Shown piece after piece: positions 48,640-61,000 of a DNA stretch of 64,000 nt (within the stretch, counting starts at the first letter, position 1; the number at the start of each line of letters is the position of its first letter). The notes below the pieces were generated by a model. It worked only from the letters and a program-made list of their open reading frames with translations, had not been told where the DNA came from and did no database searches. The translations under genes were made by a program, and so were the position numbers. The stretch is from Parasitella parasitica NRRL 2501 (lineage: Eukaryota > Fungi > Mucoromycota): the NCBI GenBank assembly GCA_025201805.1, contig MU619338.1, positions 1 through 64,000 of the forward strand, written 5' to 3'.

Positions 48640-51198
48640 TTACTCTTCTTTCTGCGGAGAGCGGAAGCTAACTAGTGATCGGCTGAGTCGACGGCTAGGG
48701 GAAGCTGCATCTTGTTCTGGCAGTATACACGATAGGTCATCCAACATCTTATCCGTAGTTTTCTTCATAATTCTCTAATGAGGATATAGTTCAGTAATGA
48801 ATAAAGAAGAAAAGAAAGCAAATATCACACAAACCTCTAGCGTATCCATCCTACGGACGCAAGGGATAAGAGCGTGGATATCATACAAATCGCGTGGCAA
48901 GTAGAATTGCTCCAACATAGTGAAACGGTAAAGTTTGTAAAATGAGAGGTCCATAACAAATAACTGGCATTTGAAACCTAAATCAAAGACCGCAGCAGTT
49001 AACATTATACTCCTTGGATAAGACCGTATTTCATAAATACCTTCAATCAACAGACCGTAAATAACTCTGTCTTCAGTAAAATGCATGCGATCTAATTCAT
49101 CTTTCATTATATTCGCCAATTTTACGAAATCTGGATTTTGGGCATCAGTTGTTGAATTCAAACTTTGAATATGACTTGGACTTTTGACCTCGCAAACAAA
49201 CGGCAAGGCTGTGTGGCCGTTGTACTGTACAAGAAGTGATAGATCGGGTATACGCCCGTACTTGCCTCTTCGCTCTTTCGAGCCCAACGATTCATCGGTG
49301 CTTCTATTAAGCGTTCAAGTGTCAGTTAGAAAAGTGAATCCATCCTCTGTCCATCAGGCCATTGGGGAAGATCAATGCCATACAATTCTGTAGCTAGCAT
49401 TGCCATTTTAGTTTTCTTGTTTTTAAAATAGTTTTTTTTTTTTTTCTCTTATCTCACTAACTTCTTTATTGTTCTTATCATTATTATTTATATCTATAAC
49501 ATTATATTTTATCTCAATTGCACCCGCCTCTTCGATAGGAACTCATATCCTATAGTACGCGGCTCAATCAATAAACACAATTTAAAAAAAAAAAAAAGAA
49601 AAGTGAATCCTACCCGTGCAAACATGATTCAACGCTTACCCTTGAATAATGATGTCGGTGCCATTTGAGCACAAAAATGGACATACCAAGCTTTCAACTA
49701 GTAGACTGCAGAACAGTGGCTCCTTCAACGTATACATGTTGTGTTTCTTTAGTTTTTGTATCCTACACGATAAACGTGTTACAAGTCATGATATATTAAA
49801 GTTACTTACGTTTACATATTAGACTTACATATCAAATGTTGTGTTTGCTCTTAATAGTTCCTTAGTATATCCTTTGTTTGCGCACTCTGCCTGGTGTTTT
49901 ACTGCTTGACTCTCTCCCTCCTTCACATCGTTTGTCATAATGATCTAAAAACAAGTTAGTCAACACCAACAGCTTGGTATATAGAGAACTAGCGATTGTT
50001 ACCTCTGAAATGATTGAAATGTCTTTGTATTCGCTTGGCTTGTCTTTGTCTTTATACTTGTCTTTGATGTCACGGTGGTAAATGCTCCAGTTCTCTTCAG
50101 ATATCTTATAAGCTCTTCTATTTTTGTCGTCAACCCACATAATCGCGTTCAAAGCACTACAAGTAGTAAATAATGGCTATTAGTCAACTGTGTTGTTACT
50201 GTTGTGGCGGGCACAAATATTTACAGCTCTTCTATGTGTGTTGGGCTCTTGATAGTATTAGATATTTTGTCAATGCAAAGATTGCGGTAGGCATGGAAGC
50301 TTTTCGAAATATTCTCTTCGTTAACACACCACTAGTCAAAAGAAAAAGATTAGCCATGTCAAATGCTAATATTTCAGCTGCATGAGATTTACATTGTTTG
50401 TTGCATTGTCAATTATTACTTTAGGTTCACCACCTTCCAAATAGTCCAAGTACTTTATATTTAGAGCCTGCAAAGTAACTTTGTGAGAATGACAAATATA
50501 CATTGCACTCCAGAAGATAGCATACTTACAGGTGGTGGTGCACCTTCTTCTTCTAAACTGCTATCCGTATCGGTGGTGCTATCTACGATTTTTCTTTTTT
50601 TGCCACCTTCTCGTGTTCAAATAGTTAATGCTCAGTAATATTTGTTTTCAAAATACAACTATACTTACTGTTGCTGCTCTCACTAAAGGTGCTGGTGCTG
50701 GCGCTAGGACTAGCAACATTTTTGATATTATTTTTCTGTTGGGTAATGTCTCCATTGTACGTGAAATTATTCGTAGAGCCTTTTATTGTATTTGTTATTC
50801 GCTATTTGAACAGTTTAGTACGCGCTTGTTGCAAGTGCAGGAGGGGAAAGACTTACTTCTGAGGAGGAAATGGACCCTGCTGGCCTGCTTTGTTGTTGGT
50901 TATCTTTCAGTTCTTTACTTTTACTGTCATATACTGGAATCTGTGACTAATGGAACCTGTAAGTATGAGCTTATTTGATTTTTGAGTTTTTTTGTGAGTA
51001 ACATACATCGAATTTCTTCAAAAAAGATTTCATTATTTTTGATGCTTTGCCATTTAATAAATCACTCTGGACCAATTCGTTTAATTCGGATTTTAGCGTG
51101 GACTGAGCAGTGAGATTATTATCGCACTTCTCTTTATAACGAGAGTACAGTTGACTGAGATTCCACTTCTTGACTTTTGTCTTAACTAGGTAGTCCAT
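48640..51198 (-). CDS. Multi-exon protein with C-terminal PD-(D/E)xK restriction-endonuclease-like domain (Mucorales-expanded, Crinkler-REase-like)
   Basis: Exons with canonical splice sites from MDYLVKTKVKKW to ...SFRSPQKEE*; C-terminal GRIPDLS...PFVCEVKSP...DFVKLANIMKDELD...VIYGLLIEG|FKCQLFVMDL....YRF...FYLP. Confidence 0.65.
49342..49596 (+). mobile_element. 5'-truncated non-LTR retrotransposon (L1-like) 3' end inserted in an intron, antisense to the host gene
   Basis: 14-bp target-site duplication AGAAAAGTGAATCC (49328-49341 and 49597-49610); residual ORF end SSVHQAIGEDQCHTIL*; T-rich 3' UTR, stem-loop, AATAAA at about 49570 and poly(A) tail. Confidence 0.85.
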
Positions 51199-51600
51199 GT
51201 TTTTTTTTGGTCAAGTCGAAAAAAAAAAAAAAAAAAAAGAAAAAAAGCACATCGAATCCATGCAAATTTATACTAGTTTGTCTGTGTGTGTGTGTGTATA
51301 AAAATAGCCCTGTTCAGCAGTTGTAAACTGGTTTTAGCCAGATGATTTTGATCAACGGATATGTAATGCATATCGTTAAACATAGTAGTGCAGTAATAAA
51401 TGCATTTTCTGCTTTTGATCCTTTGTCGCATATCACAATTTATTGCCATACTGCAAATAGCTGGCGACATTTATACGTGTAAATACTATTAATCCCAACA
51501 CATGAACTAATCTATTATACAAATTCCCAGCTGCAGTTTATTCTGACTATAAATACTATTTTTCAAGCAAAAAAGATGTATAAAAAGATATATGATACAT

Positions 51601-52386
51601 TTATCGAAACACATCCGTGTTACGAAAACTTGAGTTATCCCGAAGAGCATCATTATGCGTTTTATACTCCATTGTTGTCTCTGATGGTAGGCTTAGATGC
51701 TTCTTGATGGTATCTCTACATTTTACAAAATCAATTAAATGCACCTTTCCTAGTGACGCACACTTTCTGATAAATTTACCTGATTTTGAGATTGATTTTT
51801 CCGTTTGACGATGTCTTATTCCATACTGAAATGATATCTTCTGATCCTCTAATCGACAAAACAGCACCACAAATTTCATCTTTTACATCAAATTGATCTC
51901 CAATGATGGCCAACACTAACAGCTCCCAATATCTGCTTGCTAATCCCTTTTTCAATCTGACGATCCATTTTCCACCATCGATGTTTACAGTGTCCTATCA
52001 TTACGTTTCAATATATCGGATCCTGACCACAGTCCTCGTCACAATCTCACCTCCCAAACTGGTCTAACACCTTCTTTGAATAGATGGTAATCGCTAATGT
52101 TGGGCAGTTCGCTAGGGCGGCGAAGATGACTATACACAGCCCAAAATTCTTCGATCTATTACCGACATATCCACTGTTACCATTTGAAACAAACAAAAAC
52201 GTCTCATGTATATACAATTACCGTATTGAAAGTTGCAATCTTCTTCATTGCTCCTTCGTAGTCTGTGATTTTCTCGCCTCGAGAACGGTGCATAAACCAA
52301 AATACCCACCCGTAATGGAGCGCGTGCGATTTATCTTGATTCAGTCGGGTTTGACCTGCTACCTCTAAAGTTGCTGTATTATTCAT
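51601..52386 (-). CDS. EIF4E2: Class II eIF4E (4EHP/eIF4E2/nCBP-type cap-binding protein), 4 exons
   Basis: Spliced HALHYGWVFWF...DYEGAMKKIATFNT|IEEFWAVYSHLRRP..SDYHLFKEGVRPVWE|DTVNIDGGKWIVRLKKGLASRYWELLVLAIIGDQF..EICGAVLSIR..EDIISVWNK...|DTIKKHL..MEYKTHNDALRDNSSFRNT; Tyr at the Trp56-equivalent position marks class II. Confidence 0.92.
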
Positions 52387-52579
52387 GTTGGCTACGTTCT
52401 TTCCTTTCAGAACAGAACCGGTATAAAGATGGACTTATAGTTTTATTATGTAAAAGGAAAGATACAAAGGCTATATGTTGGTAGAAAGAAAGAGAATTTT
52501 TTTTTTTTCATTGCGGCACATTTTGACAAGTCGAAGGTCACAAAATAATCTCTACATTTGAGGCTTTAGTTGATAGTAA

Positions 52580-53080
52580 TCATGGTTGCATCGACTTTAG
52601 CTTAATTAGCCTTTGCTCCATTTTGATAATGTTCTTTTCAAGGTGATTGATTTGCAAATTCAGGTCGTCGTAAGCAATCAAAAGCTCTTTTTCCATGTCA
52701 CAAAGTCTGGCATCATTTCCCTGCTGCTCGATATCACATTTACCATCGCTGTATGCATGGCGTAAACTTTCATAAACAACATTAATAGTGGCCAGACAAT
52801 CGCACGAAAATTCTAGCTCGGTTAGCAAGTTATCATACGTTGCTTTTGTGCTATCTTTGATTCCAGCGACCAATTCATGCTTTTTCCAGCAGTTACTTGC
52901 GGGAGTACCGGTAAAGCGAGATTTTTTTCTTGTGCTTGGTGCATGCTGATATTGAAGTTTCCCATTAAGAATGGCTATTACTTTGCTACTACCTTGCTGT
53001 CGCTCTTTCACCTTTGGCTGTCGTCTATTTTTATTGACAGAATATTTAGTAAAACTATGTTGCTGAAAGTGAGTAGGCAT
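52580..53080 (-). CDS. Hypothetical protein with C-terminal coiled coil, single exon
   Basis: 166-aa ORF from MPTHFQQ; heptad-rich DMEKELLIAYDDLNLQINHLEKNIIKMEQRL. Confidence 0.65.
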   Translation of the reverse strand: MPTHFQQHSFTKYSVNKNRRQPKVKERQQGSSKVIAILNGKLQYQHAPSTRKKSRFTGTPASNCWKKHELVAGIKDSTKATYDNLLTELEFSCDCLATINVVYESLRHAYSDGKCDIEQQGNDARLCDMEKELLIAYDDLNLQINHLEKNIIKMEQRLIKLKSMQP

Positions 53081-54344
53081 GAAGATGTTGCAAAAAGAGT
53101 GAAAGGAGCGAGGCAAATGATTGTTGTTTACTATAGCTTTATGCTTATTTTTTTGTGCAACTTGCTTAATTAGTCGAATACTTAACGTTTTATGTTGGTA
53201 TCACAAGTAGCCAGCAGTGTACAAGTGTATGCCCAAGGAAAAAAAAACAAATAAACTTTCTTCAAAGTAGCAAATATCGTTGATGCATGTCTTGGTGATG
53301 GGGCATTGTATGCATATACATGCCAAAAAATCTTATAAAATGTTACCAACAGGTATTTGCATTTATGAATGCTGCCATGCTGCCATGCTGCCATTAGACC
53401 AACGAAGCTGGTTGTAAGTGAATAAACATGTCAACTTGAGATATATAAAATCGACGTTGTTCTGCCCAAGCGTTCTCAATCGGTCTGGAAGAGTACAATG
53501 TGAAACTTCTAGAAAAATAATTGACTTCGACCGCATTCGTAAGAATGTTTATTGTCATGAAACCTGCTAATGGATGGTTGTTTGCCTGGAGCTGTTTACA
53601 AGAGACTTGCCTATGCCGCCGTAGTGGTGAATGTTGCTCTATTAACTGAAGGGGCCTGAGAGTGAAAGCATAATCTATAAAAACTGACAATATTTGGTTT
53701 TAGTCGCGAACCTTGACATGAATGATTTGCTTTCGTATCATGATGGTACATATAAGTTAAGAAGAACTGGTCTCTCGTTGGCTGATCCAACTATCATTTA
53801 ATATCGGAAAACCCGCTTACACTTCACTAATCTAATGATGGCCTCAATTGCTTGCAAAAAGCAAGTACATTGTAAAACAATGCGACATCAACCGTTCTTT
53901 AAACAGTGAATAGTTCAAGGAGGTTGATACTATTCGTTTGAAATTTGAGTGAGTTGTACTAATCCAGGTTTAACCTTTTATTTGTTTTATTATAACGCAT
54001 ATTCTTCTGGACCAATTCGTCAAATGTATCCTTTCTAACTATTAACAGGGCAGGAATTAGGATTATTGGTACAGTAACAGTTTTAGATGTGAATAGTCTC
54101 TGATACCTAATCTAGTTATTCTCATCATAGCATCAAGCAAGGTCCGCCAGGTATGATTATGTATTGTTGTGAAATCAATGCACGTTATTGACAATACAAA
54201 TCTCATACCGAGTAATCTGGCATTCCTTGCTTCATCTAGCAATGGCGAATGTTTTCTATCAAATCTATAAATTAAAAGCTGTATCAATCCAGCTTTGATA
54301 AGTTGATCACTGCAATGCATTTGTATTTCTAGTGTTGGATTATG

Positions 54345-54655
54345 CTACATATTTTTATTTTCTTTTTCATCACGTTCTTTTACACCCATAGGTCGGATAG
54401 CACTTCCATCTGATACTCGAGGTTGCTCTCCAAGCACAACTGTACAAATTAAATATGTTTAGTATCAAAAATCGGATTAGTTGGGTGAAAAAAAAAAAAC
54501 TTTACCGCGTTTGTACAAAATCCAAGAAGTAACAACAACAAAAGGTGCTGAGACAATGATTGTTGTCAACCTAAGCATACAATTCAATTGCTGTGCTTTT
54601 CGTTTATTACATTATGCTATTACCTTCTACCTGCAGGTGATAGTTTGATGGCCAT
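54345..54655 (-). CDS. 63-aa single-TM microprotein, 3 exons (54655-54624, 54570-54506, 54439-54345); not in ORF track
   Basis: MAIKLSPAGR|RLTTIIVSAPFVVVTSWILYKR|VVLGEQPRVSDGSAIRPMGVKERDEKENKNM*; AAAATGG start context, two canonical GT-AG introns, 192 nt in frame. Confidence 0.75.
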
Positions 54656-54959
54656 TTTGTTGTAACAGAATGTGAAAACAGAAGAGTCAAACTGACTGAT
54701 TATATCCCTGCATTTGGGACAGTAAAACTAAATCCTGACTTGCCGGCGCCCTTCATTCTTGACTCAAACCGAACATCCAATGCTTACGCGCCCAAAACCC
54801 CTTGACTAGCATGTATGTACCGGTACAGTAATCTTGGATATTGAGATGAGTAGCACAAGCGTATTGATATAATCGATAATAGTTCAATTGTGATGCCAGC
54901 GCACATCGGTTTACACTCTCCACCCTGATGAAATCTATATCATTGGCGGTTCGTTCATA

Positions 54960-55560
54960 CCTTTTTCTTTCTTTGGTGAGTATGTTTTCAACATTAAATG
55001 CAGTGCATCGCATCAAAAGCATAGTAACAAATGAATATGCTCGTACTCAGATTAGCTTGGCTGATAAAGTAGATGAAAGTGAGGCTTCAAGCTCTTCCAT
55101 AACTTTATTACAAAGTAAGTGATTGCTAAGATTAGCTCTTTCAATCATTCAAAGAGAATATAATCATTTTCCTTTGCCTCTTAAATTCAAGCTCGGTACA
55201 GATTTAAGCGCAAACTTTTCACTTAATGATGCAAACGTTATCAATATCAATGTGAAATCTTTGTTTGGTGAATATAATTTCTTGACCCAGAAGAAAACTA
55301 GCGTATTTAAAGCACATCATTCTATTTATTCTGCACAAACAGAATGGTCTGACGGAAGCAAATCAGACGTACTTTATGTACCAAAAACTGAAGTGACCAA
55401 TGCACTTGGGTATTTGATCGTTACAATGCCTTGCCCGTTGTGCTTTTTATTGTAGTGGAAGGATTTCGAACAATGATTGACATTATCTAACGCATTTATT
55501 GCCGAATGATGGTTTAAATTGGAGTCTTGACAAGTGTCGCAACATAGCAAAGGCAGGATA
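54960..55560 (+). pseudogene. Degraded Mucorales PD-(D/E)xK-like family gene
   Basis: QTEWSDGSKSDVLYVPK is followed after a frameshift by VFDRYNALPVVLFIVVEGF; the intervening segment expected to hold an IEVQ-type motif is missing; stops upstream and downstream. Boundaries approximate. Confidence 0.5.
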
Positions 55561-56323
55561 AAAAAGAGTGAATGGCAACCCCAGGGATGAAGGTTGGTTT
55601 TAAAAAGAGAAATACAACATCGATAAATGTTTATGCTGCAACTAATGTTGGTACACAGTCAGTACAAAGCAGTTTTGGCAATTCCAAGTTCTACTCCAAT
55701 TTAGTTTTTTCAAGAAAGATAAATTATGTTATAGTATTGTTAAAGAGAGAACAGATTGAATGTTTAATTTGCCCCTTGATTTGCCTTTTAGCCCTATAGC
55801 ATGTTATTGATGATATAACAGTATACTGCAGTAATTTCTCATTGATTTTACCAGCAACAGAAGATAGAATCCGACATTGATAAAAGATAATTTATTATGC
55901 AAGAAGTTTAGAACTAACAAAAAAAAAGTAGTAAATTTACTTGACAAAAGATAAAGGTATTCGTAAAAATGTACGAAATTGACAGGCTTAATTGGATGAT
56001 TCGAGACGAAGGCTGGTTTAAGCCCTAAATCATTTCTTGTGTGGTATAAAGAGACAGGTTTTTCGAATTGGACGACAATATAATCTTTACTAGGTATCAT
56101 AGTTTGATGTACTGTATTCTGTCCAGTAGATTTTGCGAATATCTGTCATGAGCGGTCGCTTCTTTCCTTCCATTGAAAACATGACAGGTAATTCCAGCAG
56201 CAACCTTCAAAGCATCATTTTATCAGAGAGTTTTTTAAGGCGCGATCATTGAACATATAATCTTGCAGCGACCATGCCTCGCGTTTGTGGGGGGTTTTTT
56301 TTTTCATACATTACAACAGAATT

Positions 56324-57821
56324 ATGGAGCATCAGTTACAACCACATCCTATGGCTGCTAAGGTGATTGATTTCACTGATTGGTCTTGTAACACCACTGA
56401 AAATCTCGAGATAAGCCTAGGTAATCAGCCCAGAAGAAAGCGTGTTTGCTCAATGTTTTCTAACAATGATATGTTGCGTTAGTTCAACCACGAAAAGGCG
56501 ACAGCAACTCCAATGAGCCAACAACATCGCTCATCTTTCATCCAGAATTTTCATATCCTATTTTCGGTGATCATGAGACAGCGTTTGGGTATAAAGATCT
56601 AACATTAAAGGTTTGTCGACCTGATTCATTCCAAGTACACTTGAAGCTGATCGTTTATGTTAGTTAAAGTACGCCTCTGGATCTTTACGACCTTTTATTT
56701 CAATGGATTATTCATCAAAATACCAGGCAGCGAGCTCTTCATCTATATCAGAAGACTCTCAAGCCGACGATTTAATAAAGATATTAGAAGACTACCTTCC
56801 TCGGGGCTACTTGACTAATCAAAACGAATTTACCGATGTAATTCGGAGCGATTATACTACATTTAAGCCTCTTGGAGAAAAAATCCATGAATACACTCGA
56901 GAAAATGACGATGGATCACTGGAGCAATTTGAAATTTTCAAGGTAAAGCATATTGAGGGATCAATAGCAACCGGTTAGCAATACTTATGTTTATGTAGAA
57001 TTCGTTTTCGAATACCAAATTTAGAGAATATCATTCACGTATGCAATTGTTTGTTTTGTTGTTTATTGAAGGATCTAGTTATATTGAGGATGATGATGAA
57101 AAGTGGGAGATTTACACAAGGTATTTAAGATACACAACGATCCAACAACAAAAGAAGAAAAAAAGCCAGCCTACTAATTTATCCCAGTTTCAAGCATGAA
57201 AGGATAAACGACACAGAGGATGCTTATCATTTTATCGGATACAGCACAACATATCCATTTTATTGCTGGCCAGAAAACATCCGTATGCGAATTAGCCAGT
57301 TTCTAGTCCTCCCACCATACAAAAAACAGGGTCATGGAAGCAAATTATATCAAACAATCTACGAATTATTTCTGTCAAGAAACGAAATTTGCGAAATTAC
57401 AGTAGAGGATCCCAACGAGGAGTTTTCAGACATGAGAGATAAAAACGATATTCGATACATGCTGGAGCATGGGGCCTTCAAAGGATTAAAAGCGCCCGTT
57501 TCTCAAGACAAAATCCAAGAATTATGCAACAAATACAAATTGACCAATCGACAAACACAGCGCTGTATAGAGATGTATTTATTGTCAAATGTGGATAAAC
57601 TGAACGCCAAAGAATACAAAGCATATCGATTGCAAGTAAAGCAAAGACTGTATTCATTTAATTTTGCAAGTATTCTTAAATTTACTGGGTAATCTACATT
57701 TTACTAATTTTTAGAATAGGATGTATTGAGAGAAATGGAAGAATCTGAAAGAAAAGAGAAACTTGAACAAACTTATCTTGGTGTAGAAGAAGATTATCAC
57801 AGACTTCTGGAGATTATTTAA
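56324..57821 (+). CDS. HAT1: Histone acetyltransferase type B catalytic subunit
   Basis: FHPEFSYPIFGDHETAFGYKDL, RMQLFVLLFIEGSSYI, RMRISQFLVLPPYKKQGHGSKLY, EITVEDPNEEFSDMRD, YRLQVKQRLY; last intron is GC-AG (57666-57719). Confidence 0.95.
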
Positions 57822-58016
57822 TGGACCATACCAATAGTATTATTAATAATAAAAAGAAAGGACATTTTCAAGAGATCTTGGGTTATTATACTAGAATTTC
57901 CTTGCTTATTTGATGGCGAAATTCAAAGATATATAGAGGAACCCTACAATCTTTTTTGCTGATTCAATGCAAAAACATGGCGGTTGAAATAATAATACAA
58001 GCAGATTTTATTCATT

Positions 58017-61000
58017 TTATGTTTGAAGTGATTTCAACAATTGGGAAATGAACTTTTCTCGCTTCTCTTTAGCCACAACAGGATTGCGTTCCTTGAAATC
58101 AATAGGCGGTCGAAGCAAAACGGTGAACATTTCAACTAGGATAGAGCGATTAACACATTTGAAAATAACAAACTTTTCAACAGACTATCTTACTGATGCG
58201 GGCTTCTCTTTGTTTCTTTACTGAACCGGGCGCTTTGTCAATAGCTTGTCTCAAAAACATGCCAATGTACAGCAAAACATTTCTGTGGAAGGGAGGAAGA
58301 GATTCCTTGAGCTTTTATAATTTCGTTAGTGGATGGATGTACACAACACATCAGATATATAATAGCCTTACACTATTCAATGCTTCAATAGATTCAGAGG
58401 CCTCCAATGCGCGCTCGTACATATTGGTTGTGATGACAGGCTCAGGCAAGCACTCCAAAAATGCGACCAATACGTCAATCATCGAATTGGCGCTAATAGC
58501 CTCCTTTGCAAGTTGATCATTTTCCAAGCTTAATTCTGAAAGAGTACTCCTGACATCAAATAACTCATCATTCTCGTCTGCCTCTTTTGTAGTTCCAGGG
58601 TCAACATCACCTTCTGTCGTAGGTTCACCTCCGAGTAAAACGTTCGTATCAAACTGTTCTTCGTTATCCAAGCACTTTCGGATATAGGTGGATACAATGA
58701 GATCGCCATGCTCCAGAAACAAAGATCCCTGAGCAAACACAAAATGTGTTAGATCAATGTGTCAATACTGTTTTTATACTGCTTACAATCCTAAACATAT
58801 TGGTATTCCACAAAAAGTTCATCATCTTCCATAGTTCCTTTGGCAAGTCGATTTGATTCAATGCAGGAGAAGGTGGCTGCTGAGAGGTGTTGGGTTCGGC
58901 AGGTTTGGCTCTTTGCAAATTCTTTGCAGCAGCTTCGCTGATAGGAACAGCCATCTCTGATAGCTGCTCCAAAGGTACACCAAAGCGGGTAGGTATATAA
59001 TCTCCAGAAATGGAGATGAAGAAATCCTTGCTGTTTTCAAGACGAAGAATCAGTATATCCTCCATGGTTTCTTGTCCCCGATTCAATGGAGTTGAGATGG
59101 TGGGATCCACCGTAACTTCGAATCGAATCATAACCTTCTCACCAGGTGCCACAACGCCCGATAAGGGTGTAACTTGGAGCCATGGAGGTAAAATGGTTCC
59201 AATGGTATCTTTGGGCAAAAACTTGAAGACGGTCAAAACAGTACCTGTATTTGTCAAGATAATATTTTGCTCCTTGTACTCCATGAATTGAACTTTGCCG
59301 AAATCGACGTACGAGGAGGATATCTCTCCACAAGGCTGATCATCTTGGCTGTCTTTGAGTTGTTGGACCAGTTTCTCTTTTGTTTGTTTCTGAAGTTGGC
59401 TATTGATCTGGCGGATATTCAGTTCCAAAAGGGCTCTTACAGGCTTATGGTCGCTCATCATCATCTCCATGCAGTCTTTATAGCTCTTTAACTGTAAGCT
59501 TTGCTTGGTAGCACTTTCCCTGCCCTTTTTCCACAAGATACGGTCTGTCCAAGAAGGGGCTCGTCGCTTTTCACTGGTATCGTACTGATCAGTGCCTGGA
59601 TCATACTTGTAAGTAGGTGCAAAAGTGATGTGACCCTCTTCAAACATTTGAAAGGTCCTGCCTGCACTGCGCTCAATGGACAATTGGTCAAAGTCGAGCA
59701 AAACATCCAGTCTGTCCTGTCGAAGCCAATTTTTGATAGCTGCCTCGTTCAAATTGACTCGATAGTTCAGATCGCCACACCAGACCAAGAAGCTAAACAA
59801 TTCATTAGTCAAAGTGTTTCAACACTCCCAAACATACATCCTTACTCGTTGTGGAAAATCGACGCTTCAGTTTTCCAATCTCTCGTGCCATTCTTTGCCT
59901 CCAAAAACGAAACGCCTTCGTCGCCACCATCGTTCCAAGAATAATACACATATTCAGTCAGACGGTCTGGCTTCTGAGGAAACACTAATCGTTTTGATAT
60001 TTCTGCAAAATCTTGGTTTCTTTTCTCAGTTTTTTCGGTAAAAGCAGCTAAATGGCTAGTGACAAAGCAGAGATAGCTATCGTGGAATCGCAGACGAACA
60101 GAGATACCGCCTTTATTGCCCTAAGATAGCATTAGGTTTGGATGAATTTATTGGAACATTGCTGAACTTGCCATCATGTTCATCAACCCCACACCTGCGT
60201 AAGTGCTCGAAACCTGAGAGATAAACGGTCGGTGATCATTCTTTGCAATGACAATCATGAGCATGGTGACCAGCTGCTTGGATTCCACTTTATAGTAGTC
60301 TCTTCCGCCATCTTTTAGTGAGTCGATGATTGCTTTCACCCATGCGTTTTCTTTGGCAGGATCATATCGGATATAAGCTTCAGTATTTGTTTCCATTTCC
60401 TGAAGGCTGTTGGCAAGGGCTCTATTAGACATGCAGGTATAGTAAGACAAATAGCTTACCCGATAACGTAGAAGTCAGGGTCAAAAGGAGTGCCATCATC
60501 GGACACCAATGTTTCTTGAAGCCATTTTTTCAAGGAAGACGTTGGCAAGCTGCCATGCACATTCCATGTTCCTACAAAAACACTTGCGAGCAAAAAAGGT
60601 CAGCACATGTAAACAACAACAAAAAAAAAGCGCAGCCCGCCGTTCGTTTTACTTTGCTTTATGCCAATTGACAAACTCGTCCTCTTTATTCATCAGTTGT
60701 GCATTGATCCAGTGATGCTTTGCTGCTTCGAATGTAATTCTGCATTCTTTGGGTGCATTCACAGTTCTCGTGCGCTTCAGATTGATCTTTGCGATTGTGT
60801 CTGCTCGTTGAAGCGGCAGAACGTAGCGAAGAGAGCTTGCTCCCAAATCGTCGATGGTTGGTAAAGAATTGGCTCTGGAAGGCAGCGTCTTGTTTGCTTT
60901 CTGATCTATAGGGGATGCGAATGTGTCACAAACAACAGAGGACATTTGGCAAATTTAGTCCTTACCACTGTATTTAGAATAAGTCTTGGTCCACTCGTGA

